Of a stretch of 50,395 nucleotides of DNA, positions 25,310 through 34,243 are shown one piece after another (the stretch's first letter is position 1; every line of letters begins with the position of its first letter). The notes beneath the pieces are model-generated. The model was given only the letters and a program-made list of their open reading frames with translations. It searched no databases and was not told where the DNA came from. The DNA comes from a virus: IMG/VR virus record IMGVR_UViG_3300029483_000012. The stretch is one strand, 5' to 3'. A program made the translations under genes and the position numbers.

Positions 25310-25425
25310 GATACCGGTGTAACTGCCCGGAATATGAGGAGCGGCCCTGTGACAACCCGAACGAGGAATTGGAGTGCGAGGAGTGCCAGCATGGAAAGCC
25401 GGAGGAAAGCGAGGAGCAAAAATGA
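25306..25425 (+). CDS. Small acidic Cys-rich peptide (39 aa)
   Basis: MRYRCNCPEYEERPCDNPNEELECEECQHGKPEESEEQK. ATGA overlap with the previous gene. Confidence 0.35.
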   Translation: MRYRCNCPEYEERPCDNPNEELECEECQHGKPEESEEQK

Positions 25426-25643
25426 ATGAGAAAACAGTCTACGCCTGCGCAGACCAGGAGCATGACGCCTGGGTGTGCGGGAAGTGCGGATACATAGAGA
25501 ACTTTGAGGCGGACGGCCCGGAGGAAAACGGGTGGCGCTTCTGTCCTGCCTGCGGGCGGGAAATCGTGATTGCGGATGAAACATCAGAGCTAACGAAAAA
25601 ACAATGGGACTGGATCATGGGACGGTTCAGCCGTGCAGAGTAG
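25422..25643 (+). CDS. Zinc-ribbon protein
   Basis: 73 aa with a CGKCG...CPACG pair. Confidence 0.55.
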   Translation: MNEKTVYACADQEHDAWVCGKCGYIENFEADGPEENGWRFCPACGREIVIADETSELTKKQWDWIMGRFSRAE

Positions 25644-25659
25644 ACAAGGAGGCCGGGAG

Positions 25660-25881
25660 ATGACTGGAAACGAGCTGTGTCCATTCAATAACGCCAACTG
25701 TATGTGCCAGTTTTGTACGGAGCCATGCAACAATGGGCTGAACTGCTGGGAGTGCAAAAGCAAAGGCGAACAGGTTCACAGCGTCTACCTCTGCACGGGG
25801 TTCAAAGGAGACCTGAACAGGTATCTTGAAAACTGGAAAGCGCACCAGACGGAGGGAGAAAATGAGCTGGAGAAAAGATAA
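25660..25881 (+). CDS. Small Cys-rich protein
   Basis: 73 aa counted from ATG 25660 after CAAGGAGG, containing 9 Cys. Confidence 0.5.
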   Translation: MTGNELCPFNNANCMCQFCTEPCNNGLNCWECKSKGEQVHSVYLCTGFKGDLNRYLENWKAHQTEGENELEKR

Positions 25882-26092
25882 CCCATCCCGCTGGCGGGTG
25901 TGGCCCAAGGAGCGAAAGACGAAGCGGGCGGCGGTGAAGCCGGACGCGGAGGCGCTGGAACTGGTGCGGTGCAAGGATTGCCGCAACCTGGGAATCACGG
26001 GCTGCTACGGAGAGTGCAGAAAGGGCTATTTGGGGATCGTGAGGCCGGATGACTTTTGCAGCCGGGCGGAAAAGAGGGGCGGTGTGCGGTGA
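25862..26092 (+). CDS. Small Cys-rich protein, paralog A (VRCKDC...PDDFCSR motif)
   Basis: 76 aa. It shares its C-terminal motif with the next gene. Confidence 0.55.
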   Translation: MSWRKDNPSRWRVWPKERKTKRAAVKPDAEALELVRCKDCRNLGITGCYGECRKGYLGIVRPDDFCSRAEKRGGVR

Positions 26093-26358
26093 AAAGGTAC
26101 ATCGAGCAGGATGCCGTCGAAAAAATGCTTGAAGATGCCCAGTTGATCTCCGATGGAGAGTTCTGTGGCTATTGTACGGAGGATGTGAACTTGGATAGCA
26201 TACCAGCCGCCGATGTGGTGGAGGTAGTCAGGTGCCGGGAATGCGAGCAGGGCGGAAAATCTGCGAACTTTCCGGGAATGGTGTACTGCAAAAACACCAG
26301 AACCTATACGAACCCGGACGATTTTTGCAGCCGTGGGAAAAAGGAGGAGACGGAGTGA
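26089..26358 (+). CDS. Small Cys-rich protein, paralog B (VRCREC...PDDFCSR motif)
   Basis: 89 aa counted from GTG 26089, which overlaps the previous stop. Confidence 0.55.
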   Translation: MKRYIEQDAVEKMLEDAQLISDGEFCGYCTEDVNLDSIPAADVVEVVRCRECEQGGKSANFPGMVYCKNTRTYTNPDDFCSRGKKEETE

Positions 26359-26397
26359 GCGAGGCAACGAGCTTCATTCTGATAAGGAGATGAACGA

Positions 26398-26556
26398 GTG
26401 AAGGGGCTTCTTGGGAAAGTGGCTGCGATTATGGTGATGATGATGGCGGCCAGGGTTGCGAGCATTGTAACAGGTGATGATCCGGCGTGGTATCTTCTGA
26501 TCATGTGGCTTTGGAAAGACCTGTCAGAAACGATGGAGAAGGAGAACCGAATGTGA
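26398..26556 (+). CDS. Small membrane peptide (52 aa)
   Basis: GTG start 8 nt after AAGGAG. Sequence VKGLLGKVAAIMVMMMAARVASIVTGDDPAWYLLIMWLW... Below the ORF-track size cutoff. Confidence 0.35.
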   Translation: MKGLLGKVAAIMVMMMAARVASIVTGDDPAWYLLIMWLWKDLSETMEKENRM

Positions 26557-26840
26557 TGTACAGTTTTCGGAAATCGTTTTTTCCTACGCCGGAGGAAGAA
26601 GCGGAAATGTGCCGGGCGGCGATCAAGTTGCACGAGGAGCAGATCGGGGACTGTTCCACTTGCGTAAATCTTGACCGTTCCATGGAGCCGGGGTTTGTAA
26701 CGGACTACGGAGGGTGCCGCATGGGGAAAGCGTTTTTTGCAGAAAAGGCGTGCGGCCTTGTAGACCATGTTTGCGATGGCTACACAGAGGAACGCGGGCT
26801 GGTGGAGTGGGCGGAGGCGCGTTTGGCAGAGCTTGCATAA
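26556..26840 (+). CDS. Hypothetical Cys-containing protein
   Basis: 94 aa counted from ATG 26556 (MYSFRKSFFPTPEEE...). Confidence 0.5.
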   Translation: MYSFRKSFFPTPEEEAEMCRAAIKLHEEQIGDCSTCVNLDRSMEPGFVTDYGGCRMGKAFFAEKACGLVDHVCDGYTEERGLVEWAEARLAELA

Positions 26841-26899
26841 TGTGGGTGAGAAGTTAGAAGCTGCTGGGCGTGGAGCGGAGGAGACAATTTAGCGAGCGG

Positions 26900-27199
26900 C
26901 AGCGGTCGCGCCGGTGATCGGCGCGGCCTTGCCGGTTGAGAAAACTCCTGTGCCTGCCTGACGGCGGGCAAAAAATAAAGTCGGCGAGGGCCGACAATGG
27001 GCTGGTATATCAGCGTTAAGTTAAGGGACAGGCCAAAAGGTTGGCCGGACAGGAAAGAGAATGTTGTTGAGCGGAAGCAAGGCCCGCCCTTGCTTCCGGT
27101 AATCAGCAATCAGCACAAAGCGCAGGCTGGGTCAAGGGAAAGGGTGGAGATTTCCGGCAGGAAATACGACCCGGCCTTGACACAGACGGAGCGGGTGCT
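26900..27199 (+). promoter_or_regulatory. Hairpin-rich intergenic region upstream of the Rep gene (candidate replication origin / nick site region)
   Basis: Stem-loops seen: cgcgccg-gtgat-cggcgcg, gtcggc-gagg-gccgac, ggccaa-aagg-ttggcc, ggaagcaagg-gcccgc-ccttgcttcc and atttcc-ggca-ggaaat. There is also a tandem aatcagc x2. Confidence 0.4.
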
Positions 27200-28075
27200 A
27201 TGGGGAGGGGTGAGGTTGTGGGCCTGTATTACCGAGAACAAAAGCATATCTGCGGCAAGGACTACGACACAGCCCCATACATGGAGGTCGATCTATACCC
27301 TGTCTCAGCCAAGAAGCATAAGGCGTCACGCCGGGCAAAGAAAAAAGAAGCATCCTCTCTGGCGCAGCAGACCTACAACGACAACCGGGCCAAGCGCTAC
27401 CATGTGCAGCTCGTCAACACCAACTTCGGAAAAGGGGATTTCTCTTGGACTGGGACATACGACGACGATCATCTGCCGGGGCCGGGGGACACAAAGCGGG
27501 CCGACCTGGATTTTACGAACTACATCAAGCGGCTGTATCGCTGGTGCGATAAGAACGGGGTGCAGCGGCCCAAGTGGGTGGCGGCTACGGAATATACCAC
27601 CGTGGACGAGGCCGGGAAGGTGTGCGGACGACACCACCACCACGCCATCATCCAGCACACGGAGGGGCTGACCCGGGATGTGCTGGAAGAGCTGTGGAGC
27701 GTGAACGGGAAGCGGATCGGGCTAACGCGGGGCGAATACCTGGATGTTGACCACGGAAGCGTGGAGAGCCTGGTGCGGTATATCTGCAAGAACAAACGGT
27801 GTGCACGCTCCTGGAGGCAGAGCCGGGGGCTGGAGAAGCCGAAAACACCGCCGCCCAATGACAGCAAGTGGAGCCGAAAGAAGCTGGAGGAGGCCAGCAC
27901 GATGTACATAGACGATGCGGAGTTCTGGGAGAAGCAGTACCCGGGCTACACCCTGAACCGGGTGGAGACCACAGTGAACGGCGCGGGGCATCGGCATACG
28001 GTTGTGATCTTGCGACGGGCCGAGTGCTGGCACGGACGAGGAAACATGAAGAAAACGAGGAGGAAAACGACATGA
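27200..28075 (+). CDS. HUH-type rolling-circle replication initiator-like protein
   Basis: 291 aa (GTG 27218 after GGGGAGGGG is an alternative start). Motifs FSWTGTY (motif 1-like), RHHHHAIIQ (HUH) and VRYICKNKR (catalytic Y..K-like). Confidence 0.6.
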   Translation: MGRGEVVGLYYREQKHICGKDYDTAPYMEVDLYPVSAKKHKASRRAKKKEASSLAQQTYNDNRAKRYHVQLVNTNFGKGDFSWTGTYDDDHLPGPGDTKRADLDFTNYIKRLYRWCDKNGVQRPKWVAATEYTTVDEAGKVCGRHHHHAIIQHTEGLTRDVLEELWSVNGKRIGLTRGEYLDVDHGSVESLVRYICKNKRCARSWRQSRGLEKPKTPPPNDSKWSRKKLEEASTMYIDDAEFWEKQYPGYTLNRVETTVNGAGHRHTVVILRRAECWHGRGNMKKTRRKTT

Positions 28076-28605
28076 CGGACAAAGAGCGGTTCAAGGCGAT
28101 CTTTGAAACGCAGGTAATGCGAGCGGGAGCGGAAGAGCTGCTGGAGTGGCTGGAAAGCACGGACTTTTTCGAGGCCCCGGCCAGCACTCGGTTCCATGGG
28201 ACATACCCGGGCGGACTGGTGGCACACAGCCTGAATGTGTACGACCAGCTGCTGTTTGATCATAGCGCGTTGAAGTACGGCGGGCAAACGCTGGCGGTGT
28301 GCGCCCTGCTTCATGATGTGTGCAAGGCGAATTACTACCAGCGGGACAGCGACGGGTGGACGGTGCGGGACGCGCTGCCCATGGGCCACGGGGAAAAGTC
28401 TGTGTATCTGGTGATGAAGTTCATGGACTTGACCGACGAGGAGGCTCTTGCTATCCGCTGGCACATGGGGGCTTATGACGATGCTTTCCGGGGCGGGAGC
28501 CGGGCGCTGAACGAAGCACAGGACAAATGCACCCTTGTGCTGGCCCTGCACCACGCCGATATGCAGGCGACACAGGAAGAAAAACGGCGGGAGGGCATTT
28601 TGTGA
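28072..28605 (+). CDS. HD-domain phosphohydrolase
   Basis: 177 aa with H...HD contexts FHGTYPGGLVAHSL and CALLHDVCK, then HGEKS and ALHHADMQAT. Confidence 0.7.
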   Translation: MTDKERFKAIFETQVMRAGAEELLEWLESTDFFEAPASTRFHGTYPGGLVAHSLNVYDQLLFDHSALKYGGQTLAVCALLHDVCKANYYQRDSDGWTVRDALPMGHGEKSVYLVMKFMDLTDEEALAIRWHMGAYDDAFRGGSRALNEAQDKCTLVLALHHADMQATQEEKRREGIL

Positions 28606-29111
28606 TGGCGTTCCGTCTGGAGCTGTCCGACCTGCCGCCGCGCTACCGTGCGCAGGCGGAAGCGCAGCTCGCCAAGGGAAGAAAAAAGCGGAGCGACCCG
28701 CTGGCGGAGGCGGCACGGGCCGCGAAGATCACCGGCAAGGAGTTTGACAGCCTGGGCGAGTATGAATATTACATCGGCACCGTGGCCCCAAAGGTGGCGC
28801 GGGGTGAGATCGTGGAGTGGGAGGCCCACCCATGCTTTCCCCTGTTCCCGGCGGGACAATACGGGGCTTTGAAGCTGCGCCCGGTTCGGTATACTGCGGA
28901 CTTCCGGTTGGTTTATGCAGACGGAACCGTGGAGATCGTGGAGATCAAGAGCAAGTTTGTCCGGCGGATGCAGCGGGATTATGCCCTGCGGCGGCGGGTA
29001 TTCCTGGAACAGGTGGCCCGCCCGGCTGGATGGAAATTTACGGAGATCATAACAGCGGACAGCAAAGAGGAAATTGACCGCTGGACAGAACTGACAAAGG
29101 GGGCAAAGTAG
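28605..29111 (+). CDS. DUF1064-like PD-(D/E)xK nuclease (Holliday-junction-resolvase-like)
   Basis: 168 aa. SLGEYEYY...YTADFRLVYADGTVEIVEIKSKF matches the remembered DUF1064 pattern (S..E...Y..L...ADF.v...dG...veDvKG). Confidence 0.55.
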   Translation: MAFRLELSDLPPRYRAQAEAQLAKGRKKRSDPLAEAARAAKITGKEFDSLGEYEYYIGTVAPKVARGEIVEWEAHPCFPLFPAGQYGALKLRPVRYTADFRLVYADGTVEIVEIKSKFVRRMQRDYALRRRVFLEQVARPAGWKFTEIITADSKEEIDRWTELTKGAK

Positions 29112-29113
29112 CG

Positions 29114-29347
29114 ATGGACGAGAAGCAGAAACCCGTGTGCGGGCTGTGCCAGCGGCACCAAAAGCTGGAGACCGTGGACGGGATGGCCTTTTGGATTGAG
29201 TGGGACGAAAACGGCAGGCCGCGCCTGTGCATGGACAGCACGACTGCGGGTGGCGGGCTGAATGTGCTTTGTGTGCAGTTCTGCCCCATTTGCGGGCGGA
29301 GATGTGAAAACATTGTGGAAATGGAGGAAAACCATGGGGAAGCATAA
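29114..29347 (+). CDS. Zinc-ribbon protein
   Basis: 77 aa with a CGLC...CPICG pair. Confidence 0.5.
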   Translation: MDEKQKPVCGLCQRHQKLETVDGMAFWIEWDENGRPRLCMDSTTAGGGLNVLCVQFCPICGRRCENIVEMEENHGEA

Positions 29348-29966
29348 AAGAAAGCCACCTGTTTTCGCCGGGAATGTGGCCCGGCAGGCCCAGGCGCGGT
29401 ATCTGCGCACCAAGAAGCCGGAAAGCGAGCGGGTACAGGAAAACCGGGAGGCGGCAGGCCATGTGATCTGTTTGTGCTTCATGGTGGCGCTGAATGACCG
29501 GTACGGCATTGGAGAGGGCCGCTTGCAGAGAGTGACGGACGCGGCCAATGGGGAGCTGGAGCGCTTTGCAATCAACCAGAGGGCCGTGGGTATGGAGCGG
29601 GCAAAGAAACTGCTCAACGAGACGCTGGCGGGCTTGTACGACGGGAATTTTGTGCTGCCTATCACGAAGCCACCCAAAAAAGCAAGAGACTGGGCCATGC
29701 TGGGAGAACAGCGGGAAGCGGCGGAGATCGTGGTCAAGTGCTACGCACTGGGCACACACAAGGCGCTGGGCTTTGGCCGGGAGCGCCTGGAGGAGACGAT
29801 CAAAGCCACGGAAGCTGTGTTCCGGGAGTTTGGAGAGTGGGCAAAGGGCGGGGACTACTTCGGGTACGCCATGCTGGCAAGACGGCTGACGGAAATTCTC
29901 GGTGAGCCGGTGGAAGTGGACGAAAGCAAGGCTGACGAGCCGATTTTCAGCAGAACGCTGGACTGA
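29334..29966 (+). CDS. Hypothetical protein with an internal duplication (two ...G[IF]G..RL... helical repeats)
   Basis: 210 aa. The repeats are HVICLCFMVALNDRYGIGEGRLQRVTDAANGELERF and EIVVKCYALGTHKALGFGRERLEETIKATEAVFREF. Confidence 0.55.
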   Translation: MGKHKRKPPVFAGNVARQAQARYLRTKKPESERVQENREAAGHVICLCFMVALNDRYGIGEGRLQRVTDAANGELERFAINQRAVGMERAKKLLNETLAGLYDGNFVLPITKPPKKARDWAMLGEQREAAEIVVKCYALGTHKALGFGRERLEETIKATEAVFREFGEWAKGGDYFGYAMLARRLTEILGEPVEVDESKADEPIFSRTLD

Positions 29967-30015
29967 GGGTGTTAGAGGGAGACGGCGAACAGAAAGCCGG
30001 GAACGGGAGGCGACG

Positions 30016-30498
30016 ATGCAGTTTGAGAGCGTGAAACACATAGCCCAGTATTACAAGGCCATTCCGGGTATGCTGCGCTTGTTACAGCAGGAGCGGGAGG
30101 AGCTGGAGGGCAATTACTATGGGCTGCGTGGGCTGGCGTATGACGGGACGCCGCACAGCTCGTCGCCGGGGAAACCGACGGAAGAAGCGGGCCTGCGGGC
30201 GCTGGAAAGCGGTGTGGGCGACCGGCTGGCAGAGATCAAGGCGAACGAGACGGTTTTGAGCGCGGACGCAGCGGCCATCCGGGGCTGCCTGGACGCCGTA
30301 AACGGTAGGTACAAGCAGGTGATCTTGATGCGCTATGTGCGTGGTTACAGTTGGGCAAAAACGGGTGTCAGAATGAACGCACCGGACAGCACCGTGAGAA
30401 ACTGGCACGAGCGGGCTATGGAGCGTTTTGGCGAGGCCCTGGAGGAGCTACCGGAGGCGGCGGAGTTGGCCGCCCGCGCCGCGCGCGCGCGTACATAA
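30016..30498 (+). CDS. ArpU/RinA-like late transcriptional regulator (sigma-70 region-4-like C-terminus)
   Basis: 160 aa. The C-terminal VILMRYVRGYSWAKTGVRMNAPDSTVRNWHERAMERFGEAL resembles a sigma region 4 HTH. It is the last gene of the early block. Confidence 0.5.
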   Translation: MQFESVKHIAQYYKAIPGMLRLLQQEREELEGNYYGLRGLAYDGTPHSSSPGKPTEEAGLRALESGVGDRLAEIKANETVLSADAAAIRGCLDAVNGRYKQVILMRYVRGYSWAKTGVRMNAPDSTVRNWHERAMERFGEALEELPEAAELAARAARART

Positions 30499-30821
30499 TA
30501 AGCGCTGAAAAATTTTGTGAGGGGAGCAGGATGATTTTGGGGCTGTGTCTGCCGCCCACCGGGACGGATTTTCGCAGGGGCGAGCCGCCGGAAACCAGCC
30601 CTAAAGGAAGTTTTCTGAACCGACTATATGCGCGGCGTGTTCAAGTTTCCACAAAGCGGGGAAAGGCTGTGGAAAAACAATTTGCGAATGGAGGAAAAGC
30701 CCGTGGGTTTTGTGAGAACGATAACCGGAAGCGTGGGTAGATACTTAGCTCGGCGGCGGCGGATACGGGCGCTGCGGAGCCGGTATAGATACCTGTACAG
30801 GAGCGGGAAAAGATGAAAGAA

Positions 30822-30860
30822 CCCCGGCGGGCCGTTTTGTTACGGTCTGCCGGGGTTTTG
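30822..30860. terminator. Terminator hairpin between the convergent plus and minus gene blocks
   Basis: ccccggc (30822-30828) pairs with gccgggg (30849-30855) and is followed by TTTTGTTT on the plus strand. Confidence 0.6.
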
Positions 30861-30910
30861 TTTCGCTTTTTGAGGTTTTGATAACGCTTTTTCCCGTTCT
30901 GATAACGGCG

Positions 30911-31135
30911 TCAGGGTTCCGGGGGTTCGTCGGGCGTATTGAGTTCGAGGGGCTGGCCCTCCCGCTTCATGCGCTCAATACAAGCCTGTATCACATAGCC
31001 CTGGACGCTCTGATCGGCGGCCTTGGCAGCGGCACGGATGGCCGCACCAATGGACTTGATCGGGCGGACGCTGATATAGTCGCACTTGGCGTTATAACGG
31101 TCGTTGCCGCGCCGCCTGTATTCTGGAACTGGCAT
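30911..31135 (-). CDS. Ribbon-helix-helix-like protein (last gene of the minus-strand operon)
   Basis: 74 aa. ISVRPIKSIGAAIRAAAKAADQSVQGYVIQACIERMKREG fits a CopG-like strand-helix-helix. Confidence 0.5.
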   Translation of the reverse strand: MPVPEYRRRGNDRYNAKCDYISVRPIKSIGAAIRAAAKAADQSVQGYVIQACIERMKREGQPLELNTPDEPPEP

Positions 31136-31138
31136 AGG

Positions 31139-31405
31139 TCATTCCTCCTCCTGGGGTTCGTTATAGCCCGTCAGGTCGATCATGGTGATCTCCGGGGGCT
31201 GCGGGGTGAGTTTGTAATAGCGCCCGTTTTCGTAGTGCTGGTCGGTTACGCCGTCGAACCAGGTAATATCTCCATGCTGGGCCTGGGCGGCCTCCATGCT
31301 TTGCTGTGCCTGCTGCTCGGTCAGGCCGTCAAAGGTGAGGCGCTGGCCGTCGGCAAACTGAGCCACCAGGCGGAACGCCGGGAAAATCTGCTGTGTGTTG
31401 TCCAT
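31139..31405 (-). CDS. Hypothetical protein
   Basis: 88 aa counted from the ATG at 31405 after GGAGG (MDNTQQIFPAF...). Confidence 0.55.
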   Translation of the reverse strand: MDNTQQIFPAFRLVAQFADGQRLTFDGLTEQQAQQSMEAAQAQHGDITWFDGVTDQHYENGRYYKLTPQPPEITMIDLTGYNEPQEEE

Positions 31406-31424
31406 GGGGTGCCTCCGTTCACTA

Positions 31425-31610
31425 TCAGTCGGTTGCAAGATCATCGGGGACATCTGCGGCGGTTAAGGGCCTGTTGCAAGCGATTTCTTTAAGGGGGAGA
31501 TATGGGCAATCGTTATAGCTGGGGTATTTATCGGCCTCGGCACAGAGGAGGCACGAGGCACGGGTGCAATTCTTGTTGACGCGCTGGGCGATGTATTCCT
31601 TGTTGGTCAT
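31425..31610 (-). CDS. Small Cys-rich protein
   Basis: 61 aa with a GGGAGG RBS. Confidence 0.5.
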   Translation of the reverse strand: MTNKEYIAQRVNKNCTRASCLLCAEADKYPSYNDCPYLPLKEIACNRPLTAADVPDDLATD

Positions 31611-31673
31611 ATAAAAACCTCCCGATGAAGTGAATTGAACTTGTCGTATTATAACACGAAACAGTGTATAGGT

Positions 31674-32144
31674 CTATTCAAATTCAGATAAATGCTGGGA
31701 AAGGGCCTGTTCAATCCCGCGGCGCTGGCACTCGCCGGTGCGGTCAAGCTGTATGCTGCCGTCTTGACCGGCGAAAATGGTGCAGCCGCACTTCCAGATA
31801 TACATAGCCTGCGTGATGATGTCCAAAGTCAGATAATCGCAGAGGGCGAGATCATAGGGGGTAACAGAGGAACTGGAGCCGCCATTGAACAGATTGTGAG
31901 CGGAGCGGATGGCTGTAAATTGGCTGTCAGACAGTTCCGCCCGGCGGGCGACGGACAAAATGCCGGGAAAACTGATACCGTCGGGGCAAATTTTGCGCCG
32001 GGCGATGTCACACAGCGTTTTGTCGGCGGAAAGGATATAGACGGCGGCCATGTATCCGCCGTCCCGCTGGCGAGCGGGGGCGGAGCTGGCGGCCAGGGAT
32101 ATGAGTTCACAGTAGCGGGCATAGTGGTTCTTGTGGTCAATCAT
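31674..32144 (-). CDS. Hypothetical protein
   Basis: 156 aa, translationally coupled to the upstream gene. Confidence 0.6.
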   Translation of the reverse strand: MIDHKNHYARYCELISLAASSAPARQRDGGYMAAVYILSADKTLCDIARRKICPDGISFPGILSVARRAELSDSQFTAIRSAHNLFNGGSSSSVTPYDLALCDYLTLDIITQAMYIWKCGCTIFAGQDGSIQLDRTGECQRRGIEQALSQHLSEFE

Positions 32145-32386
32145 TGGGATACCTCCTGTTCGTTTGGCTCGTAGTAGGCCACGACTTCACCGGTCACGCT
32201 GTCGTGGCGGCTGATGATGGTATAGCCGAACTGTGCAAGATCGTCGCGGGCAGCCTGGAGGACGGCGGCCTGATATTCCGGGCCGCGCTGTGCAAAGCGG
32301 TCGGGCTTTGTGTAGCGGCGGCGGAAGTCCTCAACAGAGGATGCGGGAACTTGGTATTTTTTGAACTTTTCATACAGAATTGACAT
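32141..32386 (-). CDS. Hypothetical protein
   Basis: 81 aa counted from the ATG at 32386 after AAGGAG (MSILYEKFKKYQ...). Confidence 0.55.
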   Translation of the reverse strand: MSILYEKFKKYQVPASSVEDFRRRYTKPDRFAQRGPEYQAAVLQAARDDLAQFGYTIISRHDSVTGEVVAYYEPNEQEVSQ

Positions 32387-32427
32387 GGGGCAATCTCCTT
32401 TCTGCTGCTTATTTCTGGCCTGTGGCG

Positions 32428-32562
32428 TTACTGGTGGTCGGGTTCCAGCCATTCGTCGCGGCTGCCATCGACATAGGCTTTGATATGCTGCTGCCAGCCG
32501 TTGTCCTGGTAGATGATGATGTGCAAGCCGTCCGGCTCATTGATCGTGCGTTTATATTCCAT
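32428..32562 (-). CDS. Possible small protein (44 aa)
   Basis: MEYKRTINEPDGLHIIIYQDNGWQQHIKAYVDGSRDEWLEPDHQ. Weak RBS. Below the ORF-track size cutoff. Confidence 0.3.
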   Translation of the reverse strand: MEYKRTINEPDGLHIIIYQDNGWQQHIKAYVDGSRDEWLEPDHQ

Positions 32563-32613
32563 GTGAGATCACTTTCTGCCCTTTACCCTGGGCGGCGGGT
32601 TTTGTATGGGGTG

Positions 32614-32653
32614 CCGTCGCTTTGTGCCGGTGCGGCGGCTCCAAGGTGTCCGG
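32614..32653. repeat. Intergenic repeat, copy C (diverged)
   Basis: ccgtcgctttgtgccggtgcggcggctccaaggtgtccgg. It lies just 3' (in minus sense) of the stop of the 32686 gene. Confidence 0.75.
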
Positions 32654-32685
32654 GTATCATTTTCGCGGGGTCACGAAAATGGTTG

Positions 32686-33690
32686 TCAATCAAGGCCAAG
32701 GGCGCGGCGGGCGGCCTGCTCTGCGTTGGGTGTCAACTGCCGCTGCCATGCGCTGTATCGGGGAGACCAGCGGAAGCCGTTGGATTTGAGTGCGGCGCGG
32801 GTCTCCTCGTCGGGCTTTTCGTCAAAGAGGATTTGGAGCCGGTCGGCCTCCAGGTTGCGGACGATCTCGCCGCCGTCAAATTTGGTGTTTTCGGCGGGCT
32901 GTGTCTGTCGGGCGGCTCGGCTGTCCAGCTCGGCAAGGCGGGTTTCCACCCGCTTGATCTTGCCCCGCAGGCTGGAAAGCTCATAGTCAGGCATGGGCTT
33001 TTGCGCCCAGGAATAGGCGCTTTGGATGGCGGCGTCATTTTGGGCGGCGGTTTCATCGCTCATGCCAGGGAAGCCCTTCAAGGTCTTGTGCTTGCGGTAG
33101 TAGGCGTTCATGGCCTTGCCGGTGTCCAACCTGTTTTGTAACTGCTGGAGCTGATCGGTGAGCATTTCACGGGCGTGAGGGTCGGCCAGATCGACGGGGC
33201 CGGAGCCGACGGTTTTGATTTTGTGCAAGATGGCCTCGATCTCTTTGTATTCCTGCCACAAGCTGTCCTCGCGGGCGTTCTGGCGCTGCTTTTTCTTCAC
33301 CGGGAAGTTAGAGCCGCCGGAAACAAGGATACTGGGACAGCTTGCGCCGTTGCGGTTGTAGTCGTTCGTCCACTGGGCGAGGCGGCGGGCGTAGCGGTCA
33401 AGTAGGGCGTCCAGCTTGCCGTGGTAATAGGGACTTGTGGCGGCCTTGCAGCGCTCAACCAGGGCGGCGGCTTTGTCCACGCTGGCCCGGTATTCGTTTG
33501 TGGCGCGGCCTGCGGGGTAGTCTCGCATGGACATCATCTCGTGCGCCCGGCGGGCCGTCTCCTCGTCGATGGGGTAATATTTGACGGCGGGGGCTTTCTG
33601 GGCTTGCTCCTGGGGCTGTGCGTCGTTGTGGCCGGTGGCGTCAATGATCTCGTCCAGATCGGCGGTCAATAGGCTTTGCTGTTCGTACAT
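32686..33690 (-). CDS. DUF3560-like protein (family common in conjugative elements)
   Basis: 334 aa counted from the ATG at 33690 after AAGGAGG. The C-terminal EADRLQILFDEKPDEETRAALKSNGFRWSPRYSAWQRQL matches the remembered DUF3560 end motif. Confidence 0.55.
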   Translation of the reverse strand: MYEQQSLLTADLDEIIDATGHNDAQPQEQAQKAPAVKYYPIDEETARRAHEMMSMRDYPAGRATNEYRASVDKAAALVERCKAATSPYYHGKLDALLDRYARRLAQWTNDYNRNGASCPSILVSGGSNFPVKKKQRQNAREDSLWQEYKEIEAILHKIKTVGSGPVDLADPHAREMLTDQLQQLQNRLDTGKAMNAYYRKHKTLKGFPGMSDETAAQNDAAIQSAYSWAQKPMPDYELSSLRGKIKRVETRLAELDSRAARQTQPAENTKFDGGEIVRNLEADRLQILFDEKPDEETRAALKSNGFRWSPRYSAWQRQLTPNAEQAARRALGLD

Positions 33691-33721
33691 GGCTTTTCCT
33701 CCTTGGTTTTGGGTGGTGGGG

Positions 33722-33928
33722 TTATTGGTCGGCTTCCTTGGCCGCCTCCGGGGTGCCGGAATAGTTGTAATCAAGCCCGTGCTGCTCCATGAGATCGGAA
33801 ACCGCCTGACCCGTCAGGCCGGAGAAGCAAAGGGTTTCGTCAACAACCGTCGCCCCAAGCGTGGCGGCAAGGTCGGACAGGCTGCCGAAGTGGTTCAGGA
33901 CTGTGGCATAGATTTTGAGTTGCGGCAT
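33722..33928 (-). CDS. Hypothetical protein
   Basis: 68 aa with a GGGAGG RBS. Confidence 0.55.
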   Translation of the reverse strand: MPQLKIYATVLNHFGSLSDLAATLGATVVDETLCFSGLTGQAVSDLMEQHGLDYNYSGTPEAAKEADQ

Positions 33929-34039
33929 GGTGGAAACCTCCCTGTTTTGGATTTGGGTTTTGGCCCATGAGCGCCCCCGCCCTGGTGGGAGCGGGGCCGG
34001 GCTTGCACCGGCGGCGCGTTTTGCGTCGGCCTTGCGGGT

Positions 34040-34201
34040 TTACAGTTTGAGAAGCCGCCGGGCGGTGTCCTCGTCGATGTAGTTTGACCATCCGGCGCGG
34101 TGAAGCTCCTCGGCGGCTTGGGAAAGGGTAATCGTGCCGTTCTGGACATCCTCGCGCAGACTATCCAGAATATTTTTGATGGGGAACGGCTCTTTGCGCA
34201 T
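34040..34201 (-). CDS. Small hypothetical protein (53 aa)
   Basis: MRKEPFPIKNILDSLREDVQNGTITLSQAAEELHRAGWSNYIDEDTARRLLKL with an AAGGAG RBS. Below the ORF-track size cutoff. Confidence 0.5.
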   Translation of the reverse strand: MRKEPFPIKNILDSLREDVQNGTITLSQAAEELHRAGWSNYIDEDTARRLLKL

Positions 34202-34243
34202 GGTATCAGCTCCTTTTTGGGTTTTGTGGTTTGGCCCTGTGGC

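Noticed and set aside
30499-30820. Possible small basic ORFs (30351-30740 and 30628-30816) and the ATG at 30531, downstream of the ArpU-like gene
   Set aside because: Poor coding appearance (Arg-rich, mutually overlapping frames) and no clear function. The region is left unannotated; it could contain cis sites such as cos.
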